A stretch of DNA of 64,000 nucleotides, taken from Nitrospinales bacterium (lineage in GTDB: Bacteria; Nitrospinota; Nitrospinia; Nitrospinales; VA-1). The translations under genes were made by a program, and so were the position numbers. The notes under the pieces are model-generated. The model was not told the origin of the DNA and did not search any database. It saw only the letters and a list, made by a program, of their open reading frames with translations. Below, in pieces: positions 32,260 to 43,119 of the stretch. The first letter of the stretch is position 1. Every line of letters starts with the position of its first letter. The stretch lies in the NCBI GenBank assembly GCA_965223345.1, contig CBDCWG010000012.1, positions 32,001 to 96,000 of the forward strand, written 5' to 3'.

Positions 32260-33835
32260 GGTCGTTCTTTCGATTCCTGTTTGTCGATTGCAAAGACGGC
32301 CTGTGCCGGTGAGTCCGGAACATTGTAACCCCGCACAGCCAGGCGGACAACAAAAGCAGGGCCGCGGGGACGAAGGTGACATGCGCCGGGTAGCCGAAGC
32401 GGTACATATAATACCACCAGAAATTGGGCGCGTTGACGGCGAGCCCCTTTTCCAGCACCTCGCGGTTGTCCCCGCCCAGAAAGCGCTTCCCGGCCTGCGC
32501 CAGAGCCACCCGCTCGCGCATCGCCGCCTCGTCCGTAAGCCCGCTCAACACCACGGCCACCTGACGGATCTGCTGGATCGCCGGGGAATGCAGCGGCGAG
32601 TACAGCAACAGGTGCTCGGCCTCAACGGGAAACCGCTCACGCAGATCGTAGTGATAGCGCGCCGGGTTCACGATCAGCGAGGGGATCTGCACAACGATCC
32701 CCAGTGCGACGGCGGCGGCGAAACCGCGTTTCAAGTCAAGGCCGGGCTTATCGAGGAGAAACCCTACCGGCAGGATCCAGAACGGCAGCGTGACGGCCAT
32801 CAACCGCGACCCCCAGCCCATACCGCCGTACCAGCTGTGCCAGAAGGAAAACAGCATGAGGTGCGCCGCGACGATCCAGCCGAACAGAATCGCCGCCTGC
32901 GGCCGGCTGCGGAAAAACAGCGGCAGCGCCAGGCATCCGCAAAGCAGGACGGGATTGTACACGAACACCGACTTGCCCGGAGAAAACAACAGCCCGAAAA
33001 AACCGGTGAAAAAATCCGGCTGGAAGCCGCTCTCGTAGCCGGTCTCCAGAGGATGGCCGAGCCGCACCTGGTTGTAGATCCCGATCGCAGCCAAAAAGAC
33101 CAGCACCGGAGCGGCAAGCGCCGCCGTCTCGCGCAGGAAAGCCTTGAGCGATGCCCGGTTCGCGCCCTCGCAGCGGGCGAGCAGGTAGAGCACAAAACCC
33201 GGCAGTGCCACCAATGCGGCGAGCCGCGTCGTCGCGGCGCAGCCGAGAAAAAGCCCGGCGAGGAGGCGGCTACGCCGAGTGCCCAGCGTGTGCTCTCCGG
33301 TCAGGCAATACGCTGCCGCCAGCAGCAGGCCGGTGGTCGCGGGCTCACTCATGAAATCCTCGGAATAATACCAGGCGATGCTGGAAAGCCCGAACGCCAG
33401 CGCCAGGAGGTTGGCGGTGCCCGCACGGAAGCCGAAGCGGTGCGTCGCAAAGCGGTGCAGCAGCGCGCAGTTGAACGCGGTCACGAACGCGTTGAGCATG
33501 CCGACGCAAAACAGCGTCGCCTGTCCCGCGGGAATGCCCAGAAGCTGCGCCAGCATTTTCCCCGCGAGGTAAAAAGGCACCGCGAGCAGGCTCATGCCGA
33601 CGCCATACTTGGAATATTTTTCGCCGTCGGGGTCCTGCAAGGAAACTTGTTCGGTGTGCGCCAGCGATCCCCGCTCGAGGAGGCTCTGGGTGAGCAGGTA
33701 CATGATCTTGCCGTCGGCGGACTGAATCGAACCCTGGGAGGTGAACGCGTAGATGGAAAAAAAGAAGCCAAAAACCAGAAGGCCGGATTTTGCGGCCGGG
33801 GAAATGGTTCGTGTTAACAAAGCGGAAAAGCGCAT
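32198..33835 (-). CDS. Polytopic membrane protein, GT-C fold glycosyltransferase-like
   Basis: Multiple TM helices, an acidic residue in the first loop (SADG), and the motifs YSKYGVG, FSPGKSVFVYNP and GWGSRL. The start is approximate. Confidence 0.62.
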   Translation of the reverse strand: MRFSALLTRTISPAAKSGLLVFGFFFSIYAFTSQGSIQSADGKIMYLLTQSLLERGSLAHTEQVSLQDPDGEKYSKYGVGMSLLAVPFYLAGKMLAQLLGIPAGQATLFCVGMLNAFVTAFNCALLHRFATHRFGFRAGTANLLALAFGLSSIAWYYSEDFMSEPATTGLLLAAAYCLTGEHTLGTRRSRLLAGLFLGCAATTRLAALVALPGFVLYLLARCEGANRASLKAFLRETAALAAPVLVFLAAIGIYNQVRLGHPLETGYESGFQPDFFTGFFGLLFSPGKSVFVYNPVLLCGCLALPLFFRSRPQAAILFGWIVAAHLMLFSFWHSWYGGMGWGSRLMAVTLPFWILPVGFLLDKPGLDLKRGFAAAVALGIVVQIPSLIVNPARYHYDLRERFPVEAEHLLLYSPLHSPAIQQIRQVAVVLSGLTDEAAMRERVALAQAGKRFLGGDNREVLEKGLAVNAPNFWWYYMYRFGYPAHVTFVPAALLLLSAWLCGVTMFRTHRHRPSLQSTNRNRKNDHEEQMERRRRASRGENVCQP

Positions 33836-33990
33836 GGGGTCGCAATCGCAGCGGTTGGGGGAAGCCGTGTGCCGGGCAGGTGGTATCATACCCTCCCGCC
33901 GCCGCCAGCGCCAGTGCTCACGCCGCGCCGCGCTGTTTGCGCAAATGAACGCAGGACATTTTGCGGGTTCTGTGTTAATCTTCACTCGCA

Positions 33991-34239
33991 ATGCTGGCCA
34001 AAATTCAAGTGACATACAAACAGGGGGTTCTGGACCCTCAGGGCAAAGCCGTGCACCACGCGCTGAACGATCTGGGCTACGACGAGGTCACCCAGGTGAA
34101 CGTGGGCAAGTACATGGAAGTCCGGATGAAAGACTGCTCCGAGGAGCAGGCGGAGGCGCGGGTCCGGGAAATGTGCGAAAAACTTCTGGCCAACACGGTG
34201 ATCGAATCCTACCGGATCACCCTCTCCCCGTCTGAATGA
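33991..34239 (+). CDS. purS: Phosphoribosylformylglycinamidine synthase subunit PurS
   Basis: Motifs VLDPQGKAV, VGKY and LLANTVIESY; upstream of purQ. Confidence 0.93.
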   Translation: MLAKIQVTYKQGVLDPQGKAVHHALNDLGYDEVTQVNVGKYMEVRMKDCSEEQAEARVREMCEKLLANTVIESYRITLSPSE

Positions 34240-34260
34240 AGGGATCCCTTTGATATCGTT

Positions 34261-34950
34261 ATGAAGTGCGGAATCGTCGTTTTCCCAGGCTCCAACTGCG
34301 ATCACGACTGCTACCATATTCTGAAGCATGTGTTCGAGATCGCCACCGAATGGATCTGGCACAAGGATGCGGGCGATCTTTCGGGCTACGACTTCATCGT
34401 GCTGCCGGGCGGGTTTTCCTACGGCGACTACCTGCGCGCCGGTGCGATCGCGAAATTTTCCCCGGTCATGAAATCGGTGATCCGCTACGCCAACAGCGGC
34501 GGCCGGGTGCTGGGGATCTGCAACGGGTTTCAGATCCTGGTGGAATCAGGACTGCTGCCGGGCGCGTTGATGCAGAACCGTTCGCAGAAATTCATCTGCC
34601 AGTACGTGCACACCCGCGTCGAATCCGCCGACACGCCGTTCACCCGCGCCTGCGCCGAAAAACCGGTGCTGAAAATTCCCATCGCCCACCACGACGGCAA
34701 CTACTTCGCCCCGGACGACCTGCTAAAGCGCATGCAGGACAATGGACAGATCGTGCTGCGTTATTCGGACCCGGAAGGCGGGGTATCCGATCGGGTGAAC
34801 CCGAACGGCTCGGCGGACAACATCGCCGCGGTCGCCAACGAGCAAAAAAACGTGCTGGGCATGATGCCGCATCCGGAACGCTGCGCCGACCCGCTGTGGC
34901 CGGATGTGGACGGACAACTCATCTTTCAATCCCTCATCGCATCCGGTTGA
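34261..34950 (+). CDS. purQ: FGAM synthase glutaminase subunit PurQ
   Basis: Motifs [30 protein letters not shown] and MMPHPER. Confidence 0.96.
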   Translation: MKCGIVVFPGSNCDHDCYHILKHVFEIATEWIWHKDAGDLSGYDFIVLPGGFSYGDYLRAGAIAKFSPVMKSVIRYANSGGRVLGICNGFQILVESGLLPGALMQNRSQKFICQYVHTRVESADTPFTRACAEKPVLKIPIAHHDGNYFAPDDLLKRMQDNGQIVLRYSDPEGGVSDRVNPNGSADNIAAVANEQKNVLGMMPHPERCADPLWPDVDGQLIFQSLIASG

Positions 34951-34952
34951 CC

Positions 34953-37205
34953 GTGTCCGCTTCTTCATCCGCAAAACTTCCCGAAGTCACGCTGGAGGTG
35001 GTCAAGGAACACGGCCTCACAGCGCAGGAATTCGCGCGCATCGTCGATCTTCTGGGCCGGCATCCCAATTTCACGGAGCTGGGCATCTTTTCGGTGATGT
35101 GGAGCGAGCACTGCAGCTACAAAAGCTCGCGGCCGCACCTGAAAACGCTGCCCACCGAAGGGCCGCGGGTCATTGAGGGACCGGGCGAAAACGCCGGCGT
35201 GGTGGACATCGGCGACGGCTGGGCGGTGTCGTTCAAAATCGAAAGCCACAATCATCCCTCCTTCATCGAACCGCACCAGGGCGCGGCGACGGGCGTCGGC
35301 GGCATCCTGCGCGACATCTTCACGATGGGCGCGCGGCCGATCGCGCTGCTCAACTCGCTGCGCTTCGGCGAGCTGACCGACCCGCGCACGCGCTACCTGC
35401 TGCACGGCGTGGTGGAAGGCATCGCCAGCTACGGCAACTGCACGGGCGTGCCGACGGTGGGCGGCGAGATCTATTTCGACGCCTGCTACAACGGCAACAT
35501 CCTGGTCAACGCGTTCTGCCTCGGGCTGGTGAAGGCGGACAAGGTGTTCCGCGCCGCGGCGGGGGGCGTGGGCAACGCGGTGATCTACGTCGGCTCGAAG
35601 ACCGGCCGCGACGGCATCCACGGCGCGAGTCTCTTGGCTTCGGCGGAGTTCGACGACACGACCGAGGAAAAACGCCCAACGGTGCAGGTGGGCGACCCCT
35701 TCACGGAAAAGCTGCTCATCGAGGCGAGCCTGGAACTGATGAAAAAGGACTGGGTGGTGGGCGTGCAGGACATGGGTGCGGCCGGGCTGACCTCCTCGTC
35801 GTTCGAAATGGCGGGACGCGCGGGAACCGGCATCGAGTTCGATCTTTCGCAGGTGCCGCTCCGGGAAACGGGGATGACGGCGTACGAGATTCTGCTGTCC
35901 GAATCGCAGGAGCGCATGCTGTTCGTGGTGGAAGAAGGGCACGAAGCGGAAACGCTCGCCATTCTGGAAAAATGGGATCTGGACGGCGCGGTGATCGGCC
36001 GGGTGACCGAAGACCCGCTGGTGAAGATCCAGTACGAAGGGGAAGAAGTGGTGCGGCTGCCGGTGTCGCCGGTGGTGGACGGGGCACTGGATGTGAAGCG
36101 GCCGACGCGCAAACCCGACTACCTGGCCGAGGTGGAGCATGTGGATCTCAACACGCTGCCCGAACCGCAATCGGGCGGCGAATGGCTGAAAAAACTGCTG
36201 GCCTCGCCCAACATCGCCAGCCGGGAGTGGGTGTACCGGCAATACGACCATATGGTGCGTCTCAACACGCTGGTTCTGCCGGGTTCGGACGCGGCGGTGC
36301 TCAGGGTGCCGGAAACCGAAAAAGCGGTGGCGATTTCGGTGGATTGCAACAGCCGCTACTGCTACCTGGACCCGCATCAGGGCGCACAGATCGCCGTCGC
36401 CGAATGCGCCCGCAACATCGTCTGTTCGGGCGGCGTGCCGATCGGCCTCACCAATTGCCTCAATTTCGGCAATCCGGAACGGCCGGAAATCATGTGGCAG
36501 TTCGAGCAGGCGGTGCTGGGAATCGGCGAGGCCTGCCGCTATTTCGATATTCCTGTGGTCAGCGGCAACGTCAGTCTTTATAATGAAACTAAAGGCGTTT
36601 CCATCTATCCGACCCCCACGGTTTCGGTGGTGGGCCTGCTGGAAAACCGGGCGGACCACTGCACGCAGTGGTTCAAGAACCCCGGCGACGCGATCGGCCT
36701 TCTGGGGCTGACCCTGGAGGAGATCGGCGGCAGCGAGTACCTCAAGCTGGCCGGCGGCGGGTGTCGCGGGAAAGTCCCGCATCTGGACAAAAAGCTCGAA
36801 AAGGCGGTGCAGGCTTTGTGCCTGGAATGGATTCGGGCCGGTTTCATCCATTCGGCCCACGATTGTTCCGAAGGCGGACTCGGCGTGGCGGCGGCGGAAT
36901 CCTGCATCACCGGCCCTGAGGCCCCGCTGGGAGCGACGCTCGACCTGGAATCGACACTCAGAAAAGACGCCCTTTTATTCGGGGAGTCGCAGTCCCGGAT
37001 TCTCATTTCCTATCCCCAAAGCGCCCGGGAGGCGATCGAAAATAAAGCGGCCGTGCAGGATGTGCCGTTTGCCCAAATCGGCGAAGTGGGAGGTGGCGCG
37101 TTCACGGTTCGCATCAACGGCAACGTGTTCATCCGCGAAGACGTGCGCGACCTGAAAAACCTATGGCAGGGGGTTCTGGAGGATTATGCTCGACAAGTTC
37201 CATGA
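34953..37205 (+). CDS. purL: FGAM synthase subunit PurL (small type)
   Basis: Motifs [32 protein letters not shown] and VSGNVSLYN. The start is GTG 34953 or TTG 34947. Confidence 0.95.
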   Translation: MSASSSAKLPEVTLEVVKEHGLTAQEFARIVDLLGRHPNFTELGIFSVMWSEHCSYKSSRPHLKTLPTEGPRVIEGPGENAGVVDIGDGWAVSFKIESHNHPSFIEPHQGAATGVGGILRDIFTMGARPIALLNSLRFGELTDPRTRYLLHGVVEGIASYGNCTGVPTVGGEIYFDACYNGNILVNAFCLGLVKADKVFRAAAGGVGNAVIYVGSKTGRDGIHGASLLASAEFDDTTEEKRPTVQVGDPFTEKLLIEASLELMKKDWVVGVQDMGAAGLTSSSFEMAGRAGTGIEFDLSQVPLRETGMTAYEILLSESQERMLFVVEEGHEAETLAILEKWDLDGAVIGRVTEDPLVKIQYEGEEVVRLPVSPVVDGALDVKRPTRKPDYLAEVEHVDLNTLPEPQSGGEWLKKLLASPNIASREWVYRQYDHMVRLNTLVLPGSDAAVLRVPETEKAVAISVDCNSRYCYLDPHQGAQIAVAECARNIVCSGGVPIGLTNCLNFGNPERPEIMWQFEQAVLGIGEACRYFDIPVVSGNVSLYNETKGVSIYPTPTVSVVGLLENRADHCTQWFKNPGDAIGLLGLTLEEIGGSEYLKLAGGGCRGKVPHLDKKLEKAVQALCLEWIRAGFIHSAHDCSEGGLGVAAAESCITGPEAPLGATLDLESTLRKDALLFGESQSRILISYPQSAREAIENKAAVQDVPFAQIGEVGGGAFTVRINGNVFIREDVRDLKNLWQGVLEDYARQVP

Positions 37206-38598
37206 AGAATGCGGCGTGGTGGGTGTGTACGGCCACCCGGAAGCGGCCAACCTGGTCTATCTGGGCCTGTACGCGCTGCAGCACCGCGGCCAGGAAAGCG
37301 CGGGCATCGTGTCCAGCGACGAGGGCAAGCTGCACCTGGAGCTGGGCATGGGGCTGGTGGCCGACATCTTCCAGAGCGACCGGCTGACCAAGCTGCCGGG
37401 CCGCATGGCGATGGGGCACAACCGCTATTCCACCGCCGGCGACAGCGCCCTGTCGAACGCGCAGCCCTGCCTGATCAATTATTCCGAAGGTTCGCTGGCC
37501 CTCGGGCACAACGGCAATCTGGTGAACGCCCAGTCCATCCGCGAGGAGCTGGGCGCTTCGGGTTCGATTTTCCAGTCCACCAACGACAGCGAAGTGATCG
37601 TGCACCTGATGGCGCAGGCCAGGGAGACGAGTTTCGTGGACCGGGCCGCTTCGGCGCTGGCGCAGGTGCAGGGTGCGTACTCGCTGATCCTGATGACGGA
37701 AAACGAGATGATCGCCGCCCGCGATCCGCAGGGGTTTCGGCCTCTCTGTCTGGGCAGGCTCGATTCCAGCTACGTGGTGGCGTCGGAATCCTGTGTGCTG
37801 GATCTGATCGAAGGGGAATACATCCGCGAGATCGAACCCGGCGAGCTGCTGCTGATCAACGACGACGGGCTGCAGTCGTTCTTTCCCTTCCAGAAAGCGG
37901 AGAAACGCCAATGCGTGTTCGAGCACATCTATTTTTCACGGCCGGACAGCTTTCTGTTCGACGAGCATGTGTACGGCGTCCGCAAAGCCATGGGACGCGC
38001 GCTGGCCCAGGAATCGCCGGTGGATGTGGATCTGGTGGTGCCGGTGCCGGACTCGGGCGTGCTTTCGTCGATGGGTTTTTCCGCGGAGTCGGGTATCCCC
38101 TATGAGATGGGCCTGATCCGCAACCACTATGTGGGGCGGACGTTCATCGAACCCAAATCGCAGATCCGGCATTTCGGGGTCAAGGTGAAGCTGAACGCGG
38201 TGCGGGAGGTGATCGAAGGCAAACGCATCGTCATCATCGACGATTCCATCGTGCGCGGCACGACGAGCCGCAAGATCGTGAAAATGCTGCGCGACGCCGG
38301 CGCAAAGGAAGTGCACGTGCGCATCAGCTCGCCGCCGATCCTGTTTCCCTGCTATTACGGGATCGACACCCCCACCAAGATGGAACTGATCGCTTCCACG
38401 CACACGATGGATGAGATCCGGAAGTTCCTGCAGGCCGACACGGTGGAGTACCTGAGCGTCGAAAAAATGCTCAGCGTGTTCAAGGAGAGAAGCGGCGATT
38501 ACTGCACCGCCTGTTTCGACGGCAAGTACCCGGTGCAAAGTTCCGAGATGCTGCCGGACATCCATCAGCTCAGCCTGTTCGGCGAAGAGCGTTCCTGA
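37186..38598 (+). CDS. purF: Amidophosphoribosyltransferase
   Basis: Propeptide followed by ECGVVG; motifs QHRGQES, GHNRYST and [10 protein letters not shown]; Fe-S cysteines including CTACF. Confidence 0.97.
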   Translation: MLDKFHEECGVVGVYGHPEAANLVYLGLYALQHRGQESAGIVSSDEGKLHLELGMGLVADIFQSDRLTKLPGRMAMGHNRYSTAGDSALSNAQPCLINYSEGSLALGHNGNLVNAQSIREELGASGSIFQSTNDSEVIVHLMAQARETSFVDRAASALAQVQGAYSLILMTENEMIAARDPQGFRPLCLGRLDSSYVVASESCVLDLIEGEYIREIEPGELLLINDDGLQSFFPFQKAEKRQCVFEHIYFSRPDSFLFDEHVYGVRKAMGRALAQESPVDVDLVVPVPDSGVLSSMGFSAESGIPYEMGLIRNHYVGRTFIEPKSQIRHFGVKVKLNAVREVIEGKRIVIIDDSIVRGTTSRKIVKMLRDAGAKEVHVRISSPPILFPCYYGIDTPTKMELIASTHTMDEIRKFLQADTVEYLSVEKMLSVFKERSGDYCTACFDGKYPVQSSEMLPDIHQLSLFGEERS

Positions 38599-41364
38599 TC
38601 ATTCCTCTGCCGGCGCGGGCGCCGGGGCCTCCGGCTGTTCCTGCACAGCGGACTCCAGAATTTCCCCCAACGCATCCAGGTCCTTCTTGTAGTCGGCCAT
38701 CGAGCGGTCGAGCTCCTGCTGCGACGCGACGATGCGGTCGAAGTACTTTTTGATGCGCGTGTAATCCGAGGCGTTCAACTTCACATTCGCCAGCGCCGCC
38801 GATGGCGCATCGGCCGCTTCGGGATCCCTTTCCTCTGCGACCCGGGGCGCGGGCTCGAAGCCGGGCGTGCCCATGAGGCCGCCGAAGATCTTCTCCAGCG
38901 CTTCATCCAGCGTGCGCTCCATGGCGATGTTGTCCTCGTAGCCGACGATGACGCGCTTGAGCTCCGGGATCTTGCCCGCGTCGGCTTTCAGGTACAGGGG
39001 ACGCACATAGATCAGCGATTCCTGGATCGGAATGACGAGCAGGGTGCCCTGGATGACGCTGGAGCCGCGCTGGTCCCACAGCGAGATCTGGCGCGAGATC
39101 TCGGCGTCCTGATTGATACGGGCGACGATCTGGCTGGGGCCGTAGATCAGTTTCTGTTTGGGGAAATTGTACACCACCAGCTTGCCGTACTGCTCGCCGT
39201 CGCTGCGCGCCACCATCCAGGCGGAGAGGTTGCTTTTGCCGCGCGGCGTGAACGGCAGCATCAGGATGTATTCCTCCTTCTCCTTGGACGGCAGTTTCAT
39301 GATGGTGTAATACGGCTGCATGCGCCTGCCGTCGATCTCGGGGATCTCCCACTGATCTTCCTTGTTGTAAAACACCTGTGGGGTTTTCATGTGGTAGGTG
39401 GCGTAGATGAAGGTCTGGATGGTGAACAGGTCGGAGGGATAGCGGATGTGGTTTTTCAGATCCTCGGGCATCGCCTCCATGTCCTTGAACAACTCCGGGA
39501 AGATGCTGCGGTAGGTGAGGATGATCGGGTCGTCGGGATCGGCGATGTAAAAATCCATGGTGCCGTCGTAGGCGTCGATCACCACCTTGACGGAATTGCG
39601 CACGTAGTTGCCGAGCGAGATCATCTGCGAGTAGGGAAACCGGTCGCTCACCGTGTAGGTGTCGTAGATCCAGAGCAGCCGGCCTTCGGAGATCACCAGG
39701 TAGGGATCGTTGTCCAGCATCAGAAACGGTGCCACGCGGGCGACGCGGTCGGAGATGTGGCGGTACATCAGCACCCGGCTTTCGCTGTGGATGTCCTGGG
39801 AAAAAAGAATCTTCAGCGTCTTGAAGTGCGCCGCCAGCAGGGCTTTGCGGATGAACGACCCGACGGCGAACCCGCCGGAGCCCTCGTAGTTTTTGTAGAC
39901 GTTTTTCTCTCCCTGGGGGTAGTCGAACTCCTCGGTGTCCGTGTTGACGAACACGTGGTCGTTGGACAGCTCGCCGAAATAGATCTCCGGCCGTTCCACC
40001 TTGAGATCGACGCTGGATTGCGGCGGGATGTCCTTGATGAACAACACGGGCAGGCCCTCGGGCGTCACTTCGTTCACGGGAATCAGGGACACGCCGTATC
40101 CGTGCGTGAAGGTGAGGTGCTCGTTGATCCAGGTGCGGTTCGGCAGGCTGCTCGACAGCAGTTCCCGCGGCGACAGCAGGGTCTGGCGGTAGGTGCCGTC
40201 GATCAGGTAGCGGTCGTTGTCCACCGAGTTGAACTGGTAGTACGTGCGGATCTCCTGAATCTGCCCGAGCGTGTCGAGCAGCGGCGCCTGGTCCCACAGG
40301 CGGATGTTCTCGATGGTGGCGGCGTTGGCCTGGATGCTCTCGGACGTCAGCGATTCGGAGCCGGCCAGCACGTTGGTTTCGGTCTCATCCAGCCCGAACG
40401 CCTTGAGCGTGCCCGCGATGGTGTGCTCGATGTACGGCGTCTCCTTGATCAGCTCGTTGGGGGCGACGATGAATTTCTGCAGCAGGTTGGGATAAAAATT
40501 TCCCGCCACGTAAAAAACGCCCAGCGCGCCGGCGGCGATGATCACTTTCTTGAAGCCGGGGGCGATGACGCCGAAAAAGCTGAGCGCCGCGCCCACCAGA
40601 GAAATCAGAACCTGGATGTAGAGAATGGGCAGCCGGCCGTTGTCGTCTGCGTAACCGATCCCGGTGACGACGGAATTTCCCTGGGTCAACAGGGCGTAGC
40701 GGTCGAGATAAAATTCCGCGGCGAGCAGCAAAAACGCGAACCCGGCGAGCATCAGCAGGGTGCGGCGCGCCTCGGGCAGGATCTGGACGCCGGTGGGGCT
40801 CACGTAAATGAACTGCTTGAAGAAAAAAATCATCCCGATTCCGAGCGCCACGATGATGAGGGCGGCCCACAGAAAGGATTTGATCAGCATCCACAGCGGC
40901 AGCGAGAACAGGTAAAAACCGTAGTCCTTGTTGAAAATGGGATCGGCGCTGCCGAACTCCACCCCGTTCACGAATTTCAGCGGCACATCCCATTGATCCG
41001 TCATGATGAGGCCGACCATGACGGAGATCACCAGCGGCGCCAGGAATGTCAGCGGCTTCAGGTTGGACGCCAGCAGATCGAGCAGCGGCACTTCCCTGCG
41101 CGCCGCATCGGAAAGCAGCACCGGAAGGTGCGAGGTCTTGTTGAACGCGGAGCGGATGGCGCCGAAGGTGAGCAGGAAAAACGCAACGCCCACCAGCAGC
41201 CCGAAACCCAGCTGCGACCCGAGAACGGTCCACAGCACCGATTGAAAGCCGAGGTTCTCGAACCACAGCAGATCAAAATAAAATCCCAGGATCCTCTCGG
41301 CGAACATGGAGCCGACGATGACGATACCCGCGAGGATGAACAGCCACTTTCGATTCAGATTCAT
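38599..41364 (-). CDS. UPF0182 family membrane protein
   Basis: Motifs DLLWF, DPIFNKDYGFYLF, NIRLWD, FTHGYG, PEIYFGE, NYVRNSVKVVIDAYDG and PELKRVIV. Confidence 0.92.
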   Translation of the reverse strand: MNLNRKWLFILAGIVIVGSMFAERILGFYFDLLWFENLGFQSVLWTVLGSQLGFGLLVGVAFFLLTFGAIRSAFNKTSHLPVLLSDAARREVPLLDLLASNLKPLTFLAPLVISVMVGLIMTDQWDVPLKFVNGVEFGSADPIFNKDYGFYLFSLPLWMLIKSFLWAALIIVALGIGMIFFFKQFIYVSPTGVQILPEARRTLLMLAGFAFLLLAAEFYLDRYALLTQGNSVVTGIGYADDNGRLPILYIQVLISLVGAALSFFGVIAPGFKKVIIAAGALGVFYVAGNFYPNLLQKFIVAPNELIKETPYIEHTIAGTLKAFGLDETETNVLAGSESLTSESIQANAATIENIRLWDQAPLLDTLGQIQEIRTYYQFNSVDNDRYLIDGTYRQTLLSPRELLSSSLPNRTWINEHLTFTHGYGVSLIPVNEVTPEGLPVLFIKDIPPQSSVDLKVERPEIYFGELSNDHVFVNTDTEEFDYPQGEKNVYKNYEGSGGFAVGSFIRKALLAAHFKTLKILFSQDIHSESRVLMYRHISDRVARVAPFLMLDNDPYLVISEGRLLWIYDTYTVSDRFPYSQMISLGNYVRNSVKVVIDAYDGTMDFYIADPDDPIILTYRSIFPELFKDMEAMPEDLKNHIRYPSDLFTIQTFIYATYHMKTPQVFYNKEDQWEIPEIDGRRMQPYYTIMKLPSKEKEEYILMLPFTPRGKSNLSAWMVARSDGEQYGKLVVYNFPKQKLIYGPSQIVARINQDAEISRQISLWDQRGSSVIQGTLLVIPIQESLIYVRPLYLKADAGKIPELKRVIVGYEDNIAMERTLDEALEKIFGGLMGTPGFEPAPRVAEERDPEAADAPSAALANVKLNASDYTRIKKYFDRIVASQQELDRSMADYKKDLDALGEILESAVQEQPEAPAPAPAEE

Positions 41365-41377
41365 CGTGTCTTTCCTG

Positions 41378-41929
41378 TCACTCTTTCCATTTGATGGAAC
41401 AGCCCATGGAAGGGATCTGCTCGCTGGCCAGCTCCCGCTCCGCGAGCAGATTGTCGATGGCCTCTTTGAGATCCCGGCGCGTCACCTTGTCGGGCTCTTT
41501 CCAGTTGTCGTCGATCCGTCCCCGGTATTTCAGGGTGCGCTCGCGCCCGTACACATAGATGTCCGGCGTGCACACCGCATCGTACCGGCGCGCGACGCTC
41601 TGGCTCGCATCGACCAGATACGGAAACGGCAGTTTTTTTTCCTTCACCAGCTTCTGCATGTTTTCCAGCGAATCGTCGGGATAGCGCACCGCATCGTTGG
41701 GATTGATGCCGACAAACTGCACGCCGCGGGCGCGGGTCTCGTTCTGCAGCGCGATCAACCGGTCCAGAACGGCTTTCACGTACGGGCAATGATTGCACAT
41801 GAATACGATCACCAGCACAGCCGAGTCCTGAAAACGGGCGAGGTTGTAGGTGCTTCCATCGGTGCCGGGCAGAGAAAAATCGTGCGCCGGGGTTCCCAGA
41901 GGAACCATCGTGGAATGCATGAGGGCCAT
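41378..41929 (-). CDS. Thioredoxin-fold (AhpC/TSA-like) protein
   Basis: Motifs FMCNHCPYV, AVCTPD, YRGRIDD and PSMGCSIKW. Confidence 0.9.
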   Translation of the reverse strand: MALMHSTMVPLGTPAHDFSLPGTDGSTYNLARFQDSAVLVIVFMCNHCPYVKAVLDRLIALQNETRARGVQFVGINPNDAVRYPDDSLENMQKLVKEKKLPFPYLVDASQSVARRYDAVCTPDIYVYGRERTLKYRGRIDDNWKEPDKVTRRDLKEAIDNLLAERELASEQIPSMGCSIKWKE

Positions 41930-42114
41930 GAATGTGTCCTTGGTGTGTTGAGAGTCGCGCGCCCGCACCGCTGCCTTGTGAGACGGGTGAGCGCGTTGTG
42001 TTTGCGTGAAACCTCGGCAATGCTATCACGCTTTTCACGAACGACTCAACTGTTGTTTCACGGCGCGGCGGTGAACGGACGCAGACGGCGCAAGGGATTG
42101 GACGGGCGTTGGCG

Positions 42115-43026
42115 TTATTCGGATTTGCAGGTCATGCCGGTGACCCGGCAGGTGTAGCAGGCGGAATGGGCCAGGGGAAAGGGGCGCAGGGTGTCCGCGA
42201 TCGTGTTTCCCATGCGCGCTTCGTCTTTATCGACCAGGATGGGGCAGACGTAGACGCCGGTTTTGGCGGCCATGCGCGAGGTCGAGCATTGCAAATTGGT
42301 GATGTCGTAGGATTCGAAACATTTTTCGGTGACGTGCTCGTCGTCGTCATACTGGCGGATGTTTTCCGCCAGGCGTCCGAGCAGAAAACCGGGCAGGATT
42401 TTGATGCGCGGCTTCGGCACGTCGTTCTCCTGTAAAAAACGCAAAAATTGCGTTTCCATTCTGGCGTCGTCTGCCTCGTCCCAGCTGCGGGTGATCGTCA
42501 GGATGGGCGAAAATCCATGCTGCGCCAGGTTGCGGATGCCATCGACGGCGCGGCGGAATGCGTCCTTGCCGCGCACCTTGTTGTTCGCCTCTTCCTCGAA
42601 GCTCTCCATGCTGACGCGAAACTGCAAGGGGTGCGGCGCGCGCGCCTGGATGTCTTCAAGGCGTTGGGCTTTTTCGGGCGTGATCAGGGTTCCGTTGGTG
42701 AGCACGTCGAGGGGGCCGCATGCGAGGATGGCTTCCAGGATCTCGAAGATTTCCGGGTTGATGAACACCTCGCCGCCGGTGATGTAATAATCCTTGACGC
42801 CGAGAGACCTGGATTCGTCCAGCCGGGCCCGCACTTCCTCCAGGGTCATCATCTCGTGCGTGTCGTTCTGGGGACCGCAGCTGATGAAACAATGGCTGCA
42901 TTGCAGGTTGCACAGCGTGCCGCCCACCTGCATCCACAGCGTCTCCAGGCGCACGAGGGGCACTTCCGGAACCTTCACCGCCGTTTTTTTCGCGGCGGAG
43001 CCTGTAAATTTCACCCTGTCATCCAT
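42115..43026 (-). CDS. Radical SAM protein
   Basis: CNLQCSHC (CxxxCxxC), ITGGE and LTNGT; additional C-terminal cysteines (QCSTSRM, VCP, CYTC, TC). Confidence 0.9.
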   Translation of the reverse strand: MDDRVKFTGSAAKKTAVKVPEVPLVRLETLWMQVGGTLCNLQCSHCFISCGPQNDTHEMMTLEEVRARLDESRSLGVKDYYITGGEVFINPEIFEILEAILACGPLDVLTNGTLITPEKAQRLEDIQARAPHPLQFRVSMESFEEEANNKVRGKDAFRRAVDGIRNLAQHGFSPILTITRSWDEADDARMETQFLRFLQENDVPKPRIKILPGFLLGRLAENIRQYDDDEHVTEKCFESYDITNLQCSTSRMAAKTGVYVCPILVDKDEARMGNTIADTLRPFPLAHSACYTCRVTGMTCKSE

Positions 43027-43032
43027 CGGTTC

Positions 43033-43061
43033 ACTTTAGCAAAGGGTTATCCCGGATTCAA
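43033..43061 (-). promoter_or_regulatory. Sigma70 promoter directly abutting the radical SAM start codon (leaderless type)
   Basis: Minus strand TTGAAT-N17-TAAAGT with a TG extension, then 6 nt to the ATG; no SD sequence. Confidence 0.55.
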
Positions 43062-43119
43062 CACGCGCCGGCCGGTCCTGCTTCGTCGGAAAAAAGCCGT
43101 CGAACTTACAGCGATTCGC

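Noticed and set aside
34266..34952. Apparent N-terminal extension of PurL (979-aa ORF)
   Set aside because: The extension overlaps purQ out of frame, and PurL similarity begins only near 34953.
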